Virus record (IMG/VR): IMGVR_UViG_3300005096_000005
Span: 96,001 to 160,000 of that record
Origin: a virus
Length of the DNA stretch: 64,000 bases
Reading direction: 5' to 3' (one strand)
The position numbers and the translations under genes were made by a program. This document shows, piece after piece, positions 1 to 11,900 of the stretch (position 1 is the first letter of the stretch; every line of letters starts with the position of its first letter). Below the pieces are notes generated by a model, which worked only from the letters and a program-made list of their open reading frames with translations, did not search any database and had not been told where the DNA came from.

Positions 1-501
1 ATAGTGCAAGATAAACCACTCGTACAGCTCCAGATTAAATGACCCCGGGAAGTTATCGCACCACGGCATGTATATGTTGTGATTGAACTCCATCAATCCA
101 AGAGTAACGGCCAGTTCGTTGGGCTGCTGCTCGATCGTATTGATGGAAAGAGAGTGCAAAGCTACCCCGTCAATGTGATGAACACTATTGAGACCATTAC
201 AGTTAATCGGAACAAATGGAGTTGAACGGTACATTCTCGCCAGCCCTACCACCTTATTAAATTCCTCAGGCCCAACTTGCAAACCCACCGTGATGTACGT
301 GGTCAGCATCTTTTCACTGATCTTCGTAGGGGCATGTTGTCTCAACACATGAGACGAACGCATCCGCTTGTTCCTTTGTACCTGTATGTTTTGAGGTGGA
401 ACCTCAAAATCGATGAGTCCCAGAATAAACGTATCTTTGCTACTGTCCAGGTTTCTCACGTAATCCTGGAATGCAGTTGTATCTGACGATGCTACCGACA
501 T
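1..501 (-). CDS. Putative baseplate hub / tube-initiator-like protein, N-terminal part (runs off window edge; absent from ORF track)
   Basis: Translated by hand: ATG at 501, 1 nt after the upstream stop, open to position 1 (MSVASSDTTAFQDYVRNLDSSKDTFILGLIDFEVPPQNIQVQRNKRMRSSHVLRQ...STPFVPINCNGLN...LMEFNHNIYMP). Function inferred from position after the tape-measure block and beta-rich tube-like pattern. Confidence 0.6.
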   Translation of the reverse strand, partial: MSVASSDTTAFQDYVRNLDSSKDTFILGLIDFEVPPQNIQVQRNKRMRSSHVLRQHAPTKISEKMLTTYITVGLQVGPEEFNKVVGLARMYRSTPFVPINCNGLNSVHHIDGVALHSLSINTIEQQPNELAVTLGLMEFNHNIYMPWCDNFPGSFNLELYEWFILHY

Positions 502-502
502 A

Positions 503-3500
503 TCACGCTCCTGGTAATTGAATGTTATACAATAACATCTGATCTCTCAATCTCGTGTCTGCCCCTAACAGGCCATAAACCTCCCCCGGATTCCAGATTG
601 TAGAATGGTGAAGTATCCCACTTTCCGGCAATTCGATCCTGGGCGTTTCGGTCTTGACATTCGGCATCGACACCTTGACCTGCGTTGGTCCCTGGGCTTC
701 GATATAAGCATGGCTCGACGCGCTGACCGTACTGGCCTGCGACATCTCTCCAACTCTCGGCGTTGCCCCTCCCTGTTTCGCGAGACGCTTATACTGTTCC
801 CCCACATAATCAGCTTCGAGAACCTGTTTGGTACCGGAAGACATTCTGTCCATCATATTACTCGCTATGTCTTCCATCGCGTCGTCCTGTTGCCGAGCCA
901 TTCCGCGAAGGGCATCTCGAGCTTCAGCAATTGGCCGATCTCCCTGACTCATTATACTCGGAACACCCGCCTTAACGCCAGAGGTTGACTGAAGTGATTC
1001 TGCTGCGGCGGTCGGTCCCATGCGCGGGTCTACGCTGGTACGCGCAGTAGAAACCATCTCTCTATCTATAGAAGTTCCCGCCAACGGCAACTTATTGAGT
1101 CCGGGTTCCACCCCTCCCGTAAGAGCTGAAGCGTGACCTTCATTAAGACGGCTCTGCGGGACATACATCTCAGCCCCCATGTCTGTCCTCACCTGCATCC
1201 AGGGATCCGGGTGTGCTACTCGCGGCGGAATCTTATATTCGGGCGCTTTAACATGAATACGGGAAGTCTCCAGAGTGCGGCCGGCCGCCCCAACCGCTTC
1301 GTCGATACCACCAACACCCATCAAGAGGCCGCTCTGTCTTACGCCAAGACCGTGCTGTCCTGAAACAGCCGCCTTCATGGTAGCGATCTCTGCCCTGAGA
1401 GGTCCAGTCGCATCTTCTGCGATCTTGCCATGCAACATAGCTCTAAACACTTTCTGTTGAGCGAGACTTCTCCCCGAGGCGTTTGCTGCTTCCTGCAGCT
1501 TGTCCATGGGAATTCTCATTCCACCTCTCTTTGCGCTGATCGCATCAACCGTTTTGAGGATGCGCTCTGTTTCTCTCCGGAGCAACTGCGGACTCAACTC
1601 AACCACCCCCGTAGGAGCGCGTGTCACGTTCACGCCGTCCACCGACAACAAATCCCTGACAAGGTTATCTACCTGTATCGCCTTTTGCACGTCATGGCCA
1701 GAACCCGGAATCAGAACTCTGTTGACTGCCGTAGGGTGTAGTTTGCCCGTCTCATTCAGCATGATTGCAGCACCAGTTATCGTTTCCGGAATATCTGGAA
1801 TCGGCCCCGGAACCCTGGTTTGTGATAACTTAACCGGCGTAGACATAGAAACAGCAAGATCTCTCTGGGTTGACACAGCGCCTTCTTTTCTGTATGGGTG
1901 CCTGAGCTTCTCCGGGCCAAGTTCCCGCGGCAGAACTGTCGACGTTTGAGCACTTTCGCCAATGATTCCCGCCATCTTCTTGTTGTGCTCAGCCAACGAC
2001 TCCGTCATAGCCTGTATCTCTTCCTTGTATACCGAATTGGCTTCCTGCAGTGCCAACACCGACTGCATCTCGGAGTCCACAAACTCCCTGACAGTATCGC
2101 GATAACGAGACACTTCTCGTGTAAGGTTGTCTGCTGTCTCCGCGATAGGTCGAGACACAATCCTCGGAGGTATCAATGGGCTCGTAGAAACTACCTTGTC
2201 CCACCCTCCGGCTTCACGAACTTCCACCAGTCGACGCTCTGTCTCTGATATCAGTTTATTGCTACGGACTATAGATTTGTCTAACTGCTTGAGAAGCGGC
2301 CCTCTCTGTGCCTCCAGCATCTCGGTCATCCCGCTCGCCCTGCCGAACCAACTTACTGACGAGTGCACCGCCGAATCAAACGCTCCTGCGGCCCTGGCTG
2401 CCTGAGTTCGTAACGCGGTACCTCCTACCCCTACCATACGCCCCGCTCTGGCCATAAGATTCTCAATGAATACGGACGTCTTGCCTCCAAAAGCGGCGAG
2501 CTGATCCGCGTCTCTCATGGTCATGTACGCAAGGTTGGTGGCTGACAGTTGTGACGTTATGCCTCTACTTTGGCCCATAACCTTAATAGGTCTCAAAGCA
2601 TCGCCACTTCCCTGAAACACTGGGAGATAACCCATTCGTGTCATTCTGGCTATAACAGCAGGTTGTACTGTAGGTTTCACGGGCCTTTGGACTTGACGGA
2701 CAGATTGCAGGATGTCTATTGCGATCTTGTCCGGGATACCGATAGAGGACACCATCTTCTTGAGGGCAAACTTAATCGGCACAACCGGTGGTCTGATCCC
2801 TCCGATAAACTCTCCGGGGACGCCCATCTCAGCAGCCATGTGGCCCCTGGTGTGTGGACCCATTCCGCCTGCCATACTTGGCCGTCGATTGTATGTACTC
2901 TGGACATTGCGCCGATGAGCTATCCGGTCCACCTGTGGAGTAGTCCCTCTTTGGACCTGGAGCCGCCTGAGATTGGCAGGGTCGTAAGGGTCTCTTCTGT
3001 GGCCTGCCCCCGTCAGTTTGCGAAAGATAGCGGGTACGACGATAACCCCAACGGCCAGTCCGGCTATCAGTTTTCCTCTACCCTTCACTACGCTCTGAAG
3101 GGCTTCCTTGGCTCCACTTCCCCGAGACGCAACACCCTCTATCAGCTCGTCCAACTGCTCCAGAATGTGTTTTTCTGCCGGGCGTGGCGGCGGAATAGTT
3201 ACGGTTCTTGTACTGGAAGCTCTCGATGGTGGTGGGCTCCCCAGTGGGTTGCGATGTTTTACTACCGACTCTGTCGGACTGGGAACGTGGCCTGTTTTAA
3301 TGGAACCGGAGTTTTTCACATACTTGGGAAGGTCATGTCCTGCTTTAGTCATTGACCACAGGTTATAGCCCACAGCTTTCATTCGTACGAATGAGTCTTC
3401 GCCTGCCAGTTCTTTAAGTTCGCGCTCTATCAGGTCGGCGCTTTCCATTGCACTCCGACCTCTCTCTGCAACCTTGATCTCGAACTTCTTCAGAGGTCGT

Positions 3501-3811
3501 CCGTCCGGTGTCGCAAGCTCATTCTTGCTAACCAAACGTGTTTCCTTCTTACCTTTGGCAACTTCAACCCCAATTCGCCCTCTTGCGACAGCTACCTCCT
3601 CGAGCTGCTTTTTTGTCATTACCAATATATCGCTCGTGGCTGGCTCTCCAGCCTCGTCGAAACTGAACCTAAAAACTTCTATTGTGCCAGAATTGGCGTC
3701 AACTGTTTTACTTACGACATAGCCAAAGCCCTCGGACCCCGGACTGGTCCAGAATGTACCCGGTCGGGTTGTGTCTTCATGGAGTGGGACCATCATTTTC
3801 AAAGCGTCCAC
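503..3811 (-). CDS. Large hypothetical virion protein (tape-measure region, one hydrophobic segment)
   Basis: 1102-aa ORF overlapping the upstream stop; segment LIAGLAVGVIVVPAIF; coiled coil near aa 500-620. Start may be GTG 3811 or ATG 3796. Confidence 0.6.
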   Translation of the reverse strand: MDALKMMVPLHEDTTRPGTFWTSPGSEGFGYVVSKTVDANSGTIEVFRFSFDEAGEPATSDILVMTKKQLEEVAVARGRIGVEVAKGKKETRLVSKNELATPDGRPLKKFEIKVAERGRSAMESADLIERELKELAGEDSFVRMKAVGYNLWSMTKAGHDLPKYVKNSGSIKTGHVPSPTESVVKHRNPLGSPPPSRASSTRTVTIPPPRPAEKHILEQLDELIEGVASRGSGAKEALQSVVKGRGKLIAGLAVGVIVVPAIFRKLTGAGHRRDPYDPANLRRLQVQRGTTPQVDRIAHRRNVQSTYNRRPSMAGGMGPHTRGHMAAEMGVPGEFIGGIRPPVVPIKFALKKMVSSIGIPDKIAIDILQSVRQVQRPVKPTVQPAVIARMTRMGYLPVFQGSGDALRPIKVMGQSRGITSQLSATNLAYMTMRDADQLAAFGGKTSVFIENLMARAGRMVGVGGTALRTQAARAAGAFDSAVHSSVSWFGRASGMTEMLEAQRGPLLKQLDKSIVRSNKLISETERRLVEVREAGGWDKVVSTSPLIPPRIVSRPIAETADNLTREVSRYRDTVREFVDSEMQSVLALQEANSVYKEEIQAMTESLAEHNKKMAGIIGESAQTSTVLPRELGPEKLRHPYRKEGAVSTQRDLAVSMSTPVKLSQTRVPGPIPDIPETITGAAIMLNETGKLHPTAVNRVLIPGSGHDVQKAIQVDNLVRDLLSVDGVNVTRAPTGVVELSPQLLRRETERILKTVDAISAKRGGMRIPMDKLQEAANASGRSLAQQKVFRAMLHGKIAEDATGPLRAEIATMKAAVSGQHGLGVRQSGLLMGVGGIDEAVGAAGRTLETSRIHVKAPEYKIPPRVAHPDPWMQVRTDMGAEMYVPQSRLNEGHASALTGGVEPGLNKLPLAGTSIDREMVSTARTSVDPRMGPTAAAESLQSTSGVKAGVPSIMSQGDRPIAEARDALRGMARQQDDAMEDIASNMMDRMSSGTKQVLEADYVGEQYKRLAKQGGATPRVGEMSQASTVSASSHAYIEAQGPTQVKVSMPNVKTETPRIELPESGILHHSTIWNPGEVYGLLGADTRLRDQMLLYNIQLPGA

Positions 3812-6800
3812 CTCGACAACATTGGTCTCTCGTTCGCAATTCTGTTGGCCAGCACCATCTTGCCAAATCTATTAAGGTCACGAGCCTGCTCGTCATTCTC
3901 CTCTTCCAGTTCTCTATTGACAGGGAACGGTACCTCCTCAGCAACAGCGGCCTGAAGAGCGTTTTGCAATGTGTTTGCCTGCTCGTCGCTTTCTATTCCT
4001 GAGGCGTTAATGTCTACCATGACTCTGGCCTTCTGCAGTCTCGGATTCTCCACAGGGATGCGCAAATCGGGTGAGGGTCTGTGAATTCCCCCACGCAATG
4101 GGAAAGACCTCCTGAACCCCTGAGGTTTATGGTCCTGCTCTAGCGGGTCGGTAAACATCCGGTATCCAGCATACGCTCCCGCCGCAGCTATTCCAAGAAT
4201 ACCCAGAGGCGTTAATGGTTTCTTTGTCTTTGCAATGGCCTCCGTCACTTCTCTTTCAATGTCACGTGTTGCAACGTGAGCGGCAACCGACGAATCTACA
4301 GCTTCTACAACATCTTTAGCCACTCCTCCGACCTGAGAAGCACCTCTGACCGAGAGCCCTTCGCCAAAGGGAATGTTTGCCATATCCGGCTTGGCGTATC
4401 GCGCTATAATTTGAGAGAACCCGGCCAGGTCGTCCCGACCCTGGTCAATACTCCGTCGAAGCTGTGCGAGTACACGGCGACCTTCGTCTGTCAGAAAACG
4501 CTGTCCGCCTTCTTCATACACAAAGTCTCCGATACGTCGCCCTGTGTGTTTGCCTGTCGGGATGATGACACGCTCAAGAACCTCCCTCACACGGGACACC
4601 TGAGCAGCAGATAACTCCGACGGGTCACGGAAGAAGTCGGCCCCTACACCTGCCAGAATATCGGGACTGGCTCCGGTCATATGGCTGAGGTACTGCTCTA
4701 ATGCCGCAGCCTGATCCTGCACCGGCCCAAAAAACTTGTTTGCATACACCTTGTTTACGGTATTGAGAGCATCTCTCACTTTCCACTTGTGAAACACCCT
4801 CTCTTTGCCCTGTTCGCCCAACAGAAAGGCGAATCTCTTTTTCTCCTCTACAGTGGCGCCTACAAGATTTGAGCTTGTCCATACCGGAAGTGGGGAGGCT
4901 CCCGGCGATACGGCATCGAGCGCCTGGACGTAATTGTTAATGACCTTCGTGGCGTCTGACAATTCACTGTACGGCGTTGAGAAGAATTTGCTGCTCGGGT
5001 CAATATAAGCGTATGTGGACGGCTTTAACTCCCCTGTATGCGCCTTTATACTAACAACCGTAGCAAGGGCGGTGCGCACCCGTGACGGCTTGATGTCTCC
5101 GGCATACGTGTTAACAAACTTGTTCATGCGATTCAACAACACCGGATCGACATCACTAAAGGGTATCTCTCCTGTCGCCAGCGGTTTCAATACCGGGGCT
5201 ATCTCTCTACTGATCTCGTTAAACTCTTGAACAAGATCCTGCGGCCTGGGTAACCTGAGAGGATCAATCTTCGCAAACAAGTTTGCTCTGAATAGATTGC
5301 CGAAATCCTCTCCGGCCTGACGTTCCATCATTCTTATGAGGGGGTCCAAACCTATGCTCTCATGAATGTTTCGCAAACTCTCGTGCAACATAGCCTTGGA
5401 GCGTAGAGGTAATATGTAAGCCTGTTCGCCAAGTCCCAACTCCATGATGGGCTCAATATTCCATCGGCGTGCCGTGGTGGCCCCCATGACAGCTTCAAGA
5501 GCCTCGTCCGTCATGTGGTCGCCTACTTCCATCAGATCCATAAACTTGGCAACCTGATCTTCCGTGAAGGACAACCCCTTCATAATCTGTGCCGCATGTG
5601 CGGTAGCCTCTCCGAACGACCTAAGCCCAAGCCTACGCATCCTGTACTTCAGGGATTCCTTCAACAGTTCAGAACGCTCAGCTCCCAATATTGCAAGAGA
5701 AGCTTCTTCGGCCACCAGAAACTCCTTGCTAAATATCCCCGCAGGATGAACAGACTTCGAGGCGTCAATCATAGGTTGCCACTTCTTGCTGGGATTGACC
5801 TCGGCGAATACCCGTGCGACATCCTCCATCAGCGTTTTGTCAGTTCCTACTATTGCTCCTGCACCTGGCGAAGTAAGCGACTGGGCTGCTGTCTCTGCCG
5901 CTTTCTCAATTGTCAGAGCCTTTGCTGCCTTCTGGTTGTAATCGAGCAGTATGTTCCATACCTCGCCTCGCATCTCCTGCCCGACCTCCTGAGCCTCAAA
6001 GAACCGCTTAACCACAAGGTCCCTGGTAACGTCGTCTATTCCCTGCAGCCCGGCAAGTTCTTGTGCGATACGCTTCTCATCAGCCTTAACACCAGCAGCT
6101 CGTGCGATAGCCAGGATGTTGTCTTTCATCTGCTCTGGAGTCAACCGCGTGTCGAGTAGTTTCGCCAGTACGTCTTCGTCCACATAACGATAGCCTTCAA
6201 TGGTCCTCATGTTTCTCAGTCCGTACGTCTCTTCCGGCGTGGACTGCCATAACCCCATAAGAGAAGCTGGAGTCAATGCGTCTCCGGGTGGAACCGCCTT
6301 ATTAACCCGACTCAAGGCCACCTTCATGCTAAGGCTCGCCTCTGCTCCCGTGTCATTGAGCACCCGAATACGCTCTCCCTGCGTCAGAAAACCTTCTCCC
6401 ACCTGTTGCTCTGCCAGGCTGGCAAAGTACTGACTGTCAGGGCCAATAGGCGTTTGAGTGATAACGTCCTGCACAACGCGCGGCCTGATAACACCAGACA
6501 CGGCTTCTGCAATAGAGATTTTGCGGATCTCATCACTGTTCTCAATAGCTATGCGAGCTACCCTGTCGTCTCGAAGCTTGATCTGAGCATGCCCGGCGTC
6601 TCTGTCGTAAAGGAAATCGAGCCCTTCGAATGGGGTCACTCCGAGGACCTTCTTGTACTTTTGATCAAGGCGAGCGTGCATTGTGATAATGTCTGCGACG
6701 TCTGCAGCAACCTCTCCAGAGATCCTGCTGAAGTTGTTCCGCTCCACAGACTCGGCAAGCGCAGTCTCCAGTCCTTTGCGCAGATCAACCACCGCATCCT

Positions 6801-8949
6801 TTGCTTCGGCCTTCAACATCACATCCTGTTCGACATAGAGCTGCTTAAGCATCTTGACTGCGGTAGTAAAATCAGCACCCGTCTCCATGGGAACCAATCC
6901 GTGTTTAAGTAGTTCTAAGAACTCAGTGTATCTGCCATGCCCCGCCTTCTCCAGGGCGTCGCGCAAAATCGGGACAGCCTCTTCACCAACACGTACAAAG
7001 CGGGCATCTCTGGCTGAGGCAATAATCCCCTGCAGTTTACTGGCTTCCGGCACCGCCCCCTCGTATACCATCCCCAGGCGTTCTGTTTCCCTGTACGCCT
7101 TAATGATGTCCACTTCTTCCATACGTTTAAAAGAAGGAGCGCCGGGTTCATCTACCCATTCAAAACGCGGTTCTCGCGAAACCTTTTTGGCTCGCTTGTC
7201 TAGCATCATATCCGCAGTGTCCTGCACGTTACCACCAGTGATACCCGGCCCCAGATAATATTGTGCTCCATCGGCCACTACTTTCTTCACACCCCGCGGC
7301 GCAGGCATGTTTGGAGTCGGCTTGCGTACAGTTCGCGATACCCACTCAAAACCCTTCCTGCCCACGGCCTTTTTCCGCATCATCAATCGGGTGACACCAT
7401 CATTAGCCCGTGTCCCTTTGGGTCTGTAGAAAAAGGCAAACTCACCTTCATCCAGTCCAAGCATCTTGTTTAAGAGAACTTGCTGTCTTGCGATATCCGT
7501 CTCCATGAAGTGCCGGGTCACATCCTGCGCCGTGGCGAAGTCGGGCTGAAAGTACCTGAGCGGTCTCAGTACGGTCTCACCGCCAACCCTTTGCACTCTA
7601 TAAGGCTGGCCTGGAATTGCTCCCCTGACAGCACCTACGATGTCTACTACGGTTCCCGGCCTCAACTCCGGTCGTGCCAGTATCCCCATACGGCGAGCAA
7701 GAGTCTGTCCAGCCAGTTGAGCCTGATTGATTGTTATCGGTCTCGTGACGTCACTGAACAGGGCCATGGACGATTCTGAACCAATCCTGGCAACTCTCGC
7801 CAACCTGTTGTCTACCGTAGATCCAAGTACTCTATCTGCCAGCCTGTTATCGTATGACTTGTCGATGAGACGGGACACGTCAGCCCGAAGCCCCACCAGG
7901 TCCTTAATCGCAGCCTCCGCTTCAGGCGTAAGGGCTGTCATCTTCCTGCGCACATCCCCGACAAGAACGTCCAGATCCTTGAGCTTGCGCAGAATAGCCT
8001 CTTTCTGGCCTGCCGGATACGCTCCGGTTCTTATCCCATACCTCAGGTGCTCGCGTTGCAACTGAAGCAGGTCCTTGACAGCGAAGCCACCGGTACGCGC
8101 CCCCTGTAACTGAGCGATACGCCTGGTGGTAATCGTCCGAGCCTCCTCTGCCAGGTTCTGACTCAGCTCCAGCATAAGCTTCTGTGTTTTCTGATATTGT
8201 GCCGTTCTGCTCGGGGTTGCGAACACAGCTTCGACCATGGACGCATCGGGAGCCAGCCCCAGACTGGACATCTGTCCCATAATGCCAAACAGTCCAGCGT
8301 CCTTACCCTCATTGGCAAGGCGTCGCATCATGAAGTCAAGATTCGTGGGGTCGGCATTGTGAAGATTGTCAATCCACTTCCCATGCTCCTTGCCAAAGAA
8401 TATCTCTTTAAGATTATCTGACCATACATCAGTATTTGCGGAGGCCGCTATTCTTGCGAGCTTCTCAAACGCTTTCAAGTCCGGCGACCTCTGTTCTATG
8501 AGGTGCGGGAAGTATTCCTTAAACATACGGGTTGCAGCAGCAGGCCCTCTGGACCTACCGGCACGATCTGCAACATGCTGCCTGGCTACGAACATCATCT
8601 GACTTACCATGTTCGTACCGGCTGTTTCTATCATAACCTGACGAGCGGCCCTGGCTCCAGCAGCTTCTCCGCGCATCCCTATGGAGCCTCCGAACTTGCC
8701 ACCATACTTGGCTCCGGCCCTGAGCTCATCTCTGGTCATACGAGCCACATCGTCAGGTACGGGACTAAACCTCTCTTTGGCTACATTATACTGTTGAACG
8801 ATAAGGTCCTGTGCGCTATCGGGGTCCTCACCAACGATCATATATACACGAGCCTCACGACCGTCAGGCACTTTGCCGTATTGATCGATGGAGTCCACAA
8901 AACTATTGTCGACCCAGACATTCCCTATCTCATATCTCATATTGCTCAT
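3799..8949 (-). CDS. Large helical virion protein (tape-measure-like or ejected protein)
   Basis: 1716-aa ORF coupled to upstream gene by ATGA overlap; Ala/Arg/Glu-rich helical composition; C-terminal hydrophobic segment LGILGIAAAGAYAGYRMF. Confidence 0.6.
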   Translation of the reverse strand: MSNMRYEIGNVWVDNSFVDSIDQYGKVPDGREARVYMIVGEDPDSAQDLIVQQYNVAKERFSPVPDDVARMTRDELRAGAKYGGKFGGSIGMRGEAAGARAARQVMIETAGTNMVSQMMFVARQHVADRAGRSRGPAAATRMFKEYFPHLIEQRSPDLKAFEKLARIAASANTDVWSDNLKEIFFGKEHGKWIDNLHNADPTNLDFMMRRLANEGKDAGLFGIMGQMSSLGLAPDASMVEAVFATPSRTAQYQKTQKLMLELSQNLAEEARTITTRRIAQLQGARTGGFAVKDLLQLQREHLRYGIRTGAYPAGQKEAILRKLKDLDVLVGDVRRKMTALTPEAEAAIKDLVGLRADVSRLIDKSYDNRLADRVLGSTVDNRLARVARIGSESSMALFSDVTRPITINQAQLAGQTLARRMGILARPELRPGTVVDIVGAVRGAIPGQPYRVQRVGGETVLRPLRYFQPDFATAQDVTRHFMETDIARQQVLLNKMLGLDEGEFAFFYRPKGTRANDGVTRLMMRKKAVGRKGFEWVSRTVRKPTPNMPAPRGVKKVVADGAQYYLGPGITGGNVQDTADMMLDKRAKKVSREPRFEWVDEPGAPSFKRMEEVDIIKAYRETERLGMVYEGAVPEASKLQGIIASARDARFVRVGEEAVPILRDALEKAGHGRYTEFLELLKHGLVPMETGADFTTAVKMLKQLYVEQDVMLKAEAKDAVVDLRKGLETALAESVERNNFSRISGEVAADVADIITMHARLDQKYKKVLGVTPFEGLDFLYDRDAGHAQIKLRDDRVARIAIENSDEIRKISIAEAVSGVIRPRVVQDVITQTPIGPDSQYFASLAEQQVGEGFLTQGERIRVLNDTGAEASLSMKVALSRVNKAVPPGDALTPASLMGLWQSTPEETYGLRNMRTIEGYRYVDEDVLAKLLDTRLTPEQMKDNILAIARAAGVKADEKRIAQELAGLQGIDDVTRDLVVKRFFEAQEVGQEMRGEVWNILLDYNQKAAKALTIEKAAETAAQSLTSPGAGAIVGTDKTLMEDVARVFAEVNPSKKWQPMIDASKSVHPAGIFSKEFLVAEEASLAILGAERSELLKESLKYRMRRLGLRSFGEATAHAAQIMKGLSFTEDQVAKFMDLMEVGDHMTDEALEAVMGATTARRWNIEPIMELGLGEQAYILPLRSKAMLHESLRNIHESIGLDPLIRMMERQAGEDFGNLFRANLFAKIDPLRLPRPQDLVQEFNEISREIAPVLKPLATGEIPFSDVDPVLLNRMNKFVNTYAGDIKPSRVRTALATVVSIKAHTGELKPSTYAYIDPSSKFFSTPYSELSDATKVINNYVQALDAVSPGASPLPVWTSSNLVGATVEEKKRFAFLLGEQGKERVFHKWKVRDALNTVNKVYANKFFGPVQDQAAALEQYLSHMTGASPDILAGVGADFFRDPSELSAAQVSRVREVLERVIIPTGKHTGRRIGDFVYEEGGQRFLTDEGRRVLAQLRRSIDQGRDDLAGFSQIIARYAKPDMANIPFGEGLSVRGASQVGGVAKDVVEAVDSSVAAHVATRDIEREVTEAIAKTKKPLTPLGILGIAAAGAYAGYRMFTDPLEQDHKPQGFRRSFPLRGGIHRPSPDLRIPVENPRLQKARVMVDINASGIESDEQANTLQNALQAAVAEEVPFPVNRELEEENDEQARDLNRFGKMVLANRIANERPMLSRWTL

Positions 8950-11900
8950 TGTAGTTCAAACGGAGCGTTTAGTTGTTGCAAACGCTCCGAGTCCTCGTGT
9001 GCACTTTCTATCTCTTTATGATAGCCTTCTTTATGTAGAGCCCCAATGATCTCTCCAGTAAAGTCTCTTCGCATATTCAGTCGAAGGTCGATTCGGTTTT
9101 CGTGATAGTCCTGCATATCTACCTTGATATCAGCGTCCCGAACTCCGGCCCCATGCAAAACAGCACGCAGTCTGTGCTCCAGGGAGTTCCTTTTGAAACT
9201 CCCGTTCCTCCAGTCTAATACCCTGACTCTGTTGGCCTCTGCGGCCCTTGCCACGTCGTCCCATAACCCGATCCGCTTTGCGTTGATACCCTCATTCTTT
9301 GCAACCTTGTACTTGTATTCGTCCAGGTTGACGTTCGGATTCCACCCTTCCCACTGCGGTCCCGGTAGCGCGTGAGTTGCGAAGTAACGCTTCAGATCAG
9401 GTTTCCTCGCTTCCACTGCGCGCCATTCCGACATCCATCTGGGAGAGTTTGTTGCCCATGCCCGAGCGAGGAACCTTTTGAGGTTGTCTGGCGTCTGATT
9501 GTATATCCTCTCCCGCTCCTTCTCCGATCTCGTGTTGGCGAAGATCGGATAGAACTCACGTATCTGCGCCGGCCATGCGGCCATAACCTGTCTCTGGTTC
9601 CATACATCGGCCGCATAGGCGGTTCCTTTGAACCTGCGTTTGTATTCATTGGCATAATCAACTATCGGAAGCTGCGGGTGTTGACGGCCCGGGTCCATCT
9701 TGTCCATATCAATGCCCACATATTGGAGTGCCTGTTTATACCTCGAATACAGACCCCGGAACTTGACATACTCGAGCATATCAAAGTATTCATTCAACTC
9801 CCATTCCTTCTCCCTAATGTCTGGAATGGGCGCTTTGCGGCCACGAAGTCTCGCCCTAAAGCGAGACACCACAGACATGCCACCGCCCACCAACCCTCCA
9901 ATTAAAGCGCCAATGATTCGGTACGGGCCTCGCTTAAAGAACAGGGAACCAAGTGCGGCCCCCAAACCGGCAGACACGACAGGGTTATGTCGCGCAAACC
10001 CCCGATACGCCGGTACCAGAATAGCGCTAACCGGCCTGCCCCAGTCGGTGAAGTCGTTTCCGTACAGATAGTTCCTTTCATATTGCTCGGTAGCGGATCT
10101 AACCTGGAGAAACTTTGTGTGAAAGGGAGTGTCCATGTGAGCGAACTTTTCCCACATCCAACCAAGAGTTCTCTCTACCGCAGAAGCGTCCTTTGGATCG
10201 GGTTTACCAACATAGCGATACTCTGTCTTGCGATACTTCTGAATCCTTCGCTTATGGTTCTCCAGAGTCCGCTCAACCTCACTCCACCTGCCCTGTTGCA
10301 TAATCGCTTCCTTGTCCCGAAACATCCTTCGCCTCATAGCCCAGAAAGACTGGGAGTAAGGAGCCACATCTGCAAGAATCTTGAACTTGTCTACATCACT
10401 ATAGAACTCAGGTCTGTTCAGGATACCCTTCCTGTCCCAGTCGGACACAATCTGCCGCGCATGTTCTACAGTTTCCAGGTCACGTTGCAGCCTCTCCGGG
10501 TCGTAATGAACTTTGAATACTTTGGTCACATCCGGCTTGTCTCTTGCTGTGTAGTATATGAACCCGAACGGAAGCCCCTGTGAATACAGGTAGAAATTGA
10601 CCTGGGACATGTGCTCTTGCTGCGGCGCCTCAAGCTCCTTGATGGCCTTCGCCGACTTTGTTTTGATCTCCACTACGGTGTTATAACCGTTCTCCATTCT
10701 CACTACTGCATCAATGTGCCCACTCACCTTGGTTCTGGGATCGAACACGAAGCGCTCAGCCTCAATCAGAGAGCCCTCTTTAGCCCACTGCGCCTGCAGC
10801 CTCCGGTGGGCCTTGGTGCCTTCATACGTGGGCGAACCTGGCCCTTCATACGGCAACCTGCCTAAACCTTTTCCGTTGGGGTCATAGTCGTGTGCTTCAC
10901 GGCCCAGGTTTAGGAAGGACGCCACAGTAGTCTTCAAGTCTCGACCAAGAGATGATGCGCGGAACTGTTCAATGCCATAGTTTCCATGATACGCCCGAAG
11001 GGTTGGGTGTAACTTCTCGTATCCAGGTCCCGGCAGTCTGGCCTCGCCAAAAGCCACCTTTGTAAACGGATCTCCTTTGTGAAAATCTATATAATAGTTC
11101 TGCTCAACCCCGGTGGTTCCCGGCATCCACGACGGCATCTTGTTCAAGATGGGGTTGTACTCAAGAATCTGACGGCGTCTGTGTGGCAGAAAACGACGCC
11201 CTATCTCAGACACACCTCCGCCAAGTCCACCGATACCCTGGTCCCAAAACCACCTCTCAGCCCCATAGGCCCTATCGGCTCTCTGAGCCACCGGCTTCTG
11301 CGCTCCCAGGTCCCCGTAGCCATACTTGTCCTGCGTAAAGAAGGTAGACGCAAACCCGAAAATACCCGCTGTCTCCGTTATGTTATAGTGAATCTGTCCA
11401 AGCCTGTAGTACGGATCGTTGGGATGAATGACCTCTTCCGGATTGATCTTACGGTGGAAGTAGCTGAGGCGCCGCGACATTCTCCGCCTCATCTTTCGTC
11501 TGTCATCGGTATTGATGGCGGTAATTTGGTTCTCTGCCGAATGATCTTCCGACATTACCGGGATAGCCTGACCTGTCGGAGTTGCTCCTGCAAGAAGCCC
11601 AACGTATGTAGGGGTGACAGCTCCCGTTCCTCCTCCCCCTGGACCTATCAGACGGACTCCCTGTGTCGTTCCCTGACCAAGCTGTTCCGGTCCTGGGGTG
11701 GTCCCAAGCTCGATGAGCGCTGCCTCCAGTGCCGGGTGCCTGTTTCTCTGACCTCCAAGGAATGCGGCTCTGGCGTTTAGTTCTTCACGATGCATAACCT
11801 TGTACGGTTTAATGATACGCCCTACCGTTGCGTTGAGTATTCCACCGAACGGCATAGTCTCCTCGAACGCTCCTCCGGTTAGCGGGTAGGGCCTGTCGGC

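Noticed and set aside
10440-10970. CRISPR-associated cas4 or CRISPR locus
   Set aside because: The domain is internal to a virion protein, lacks Fe-S cysteines, and I saw no cas1/cas2 or repeat-spacer array.
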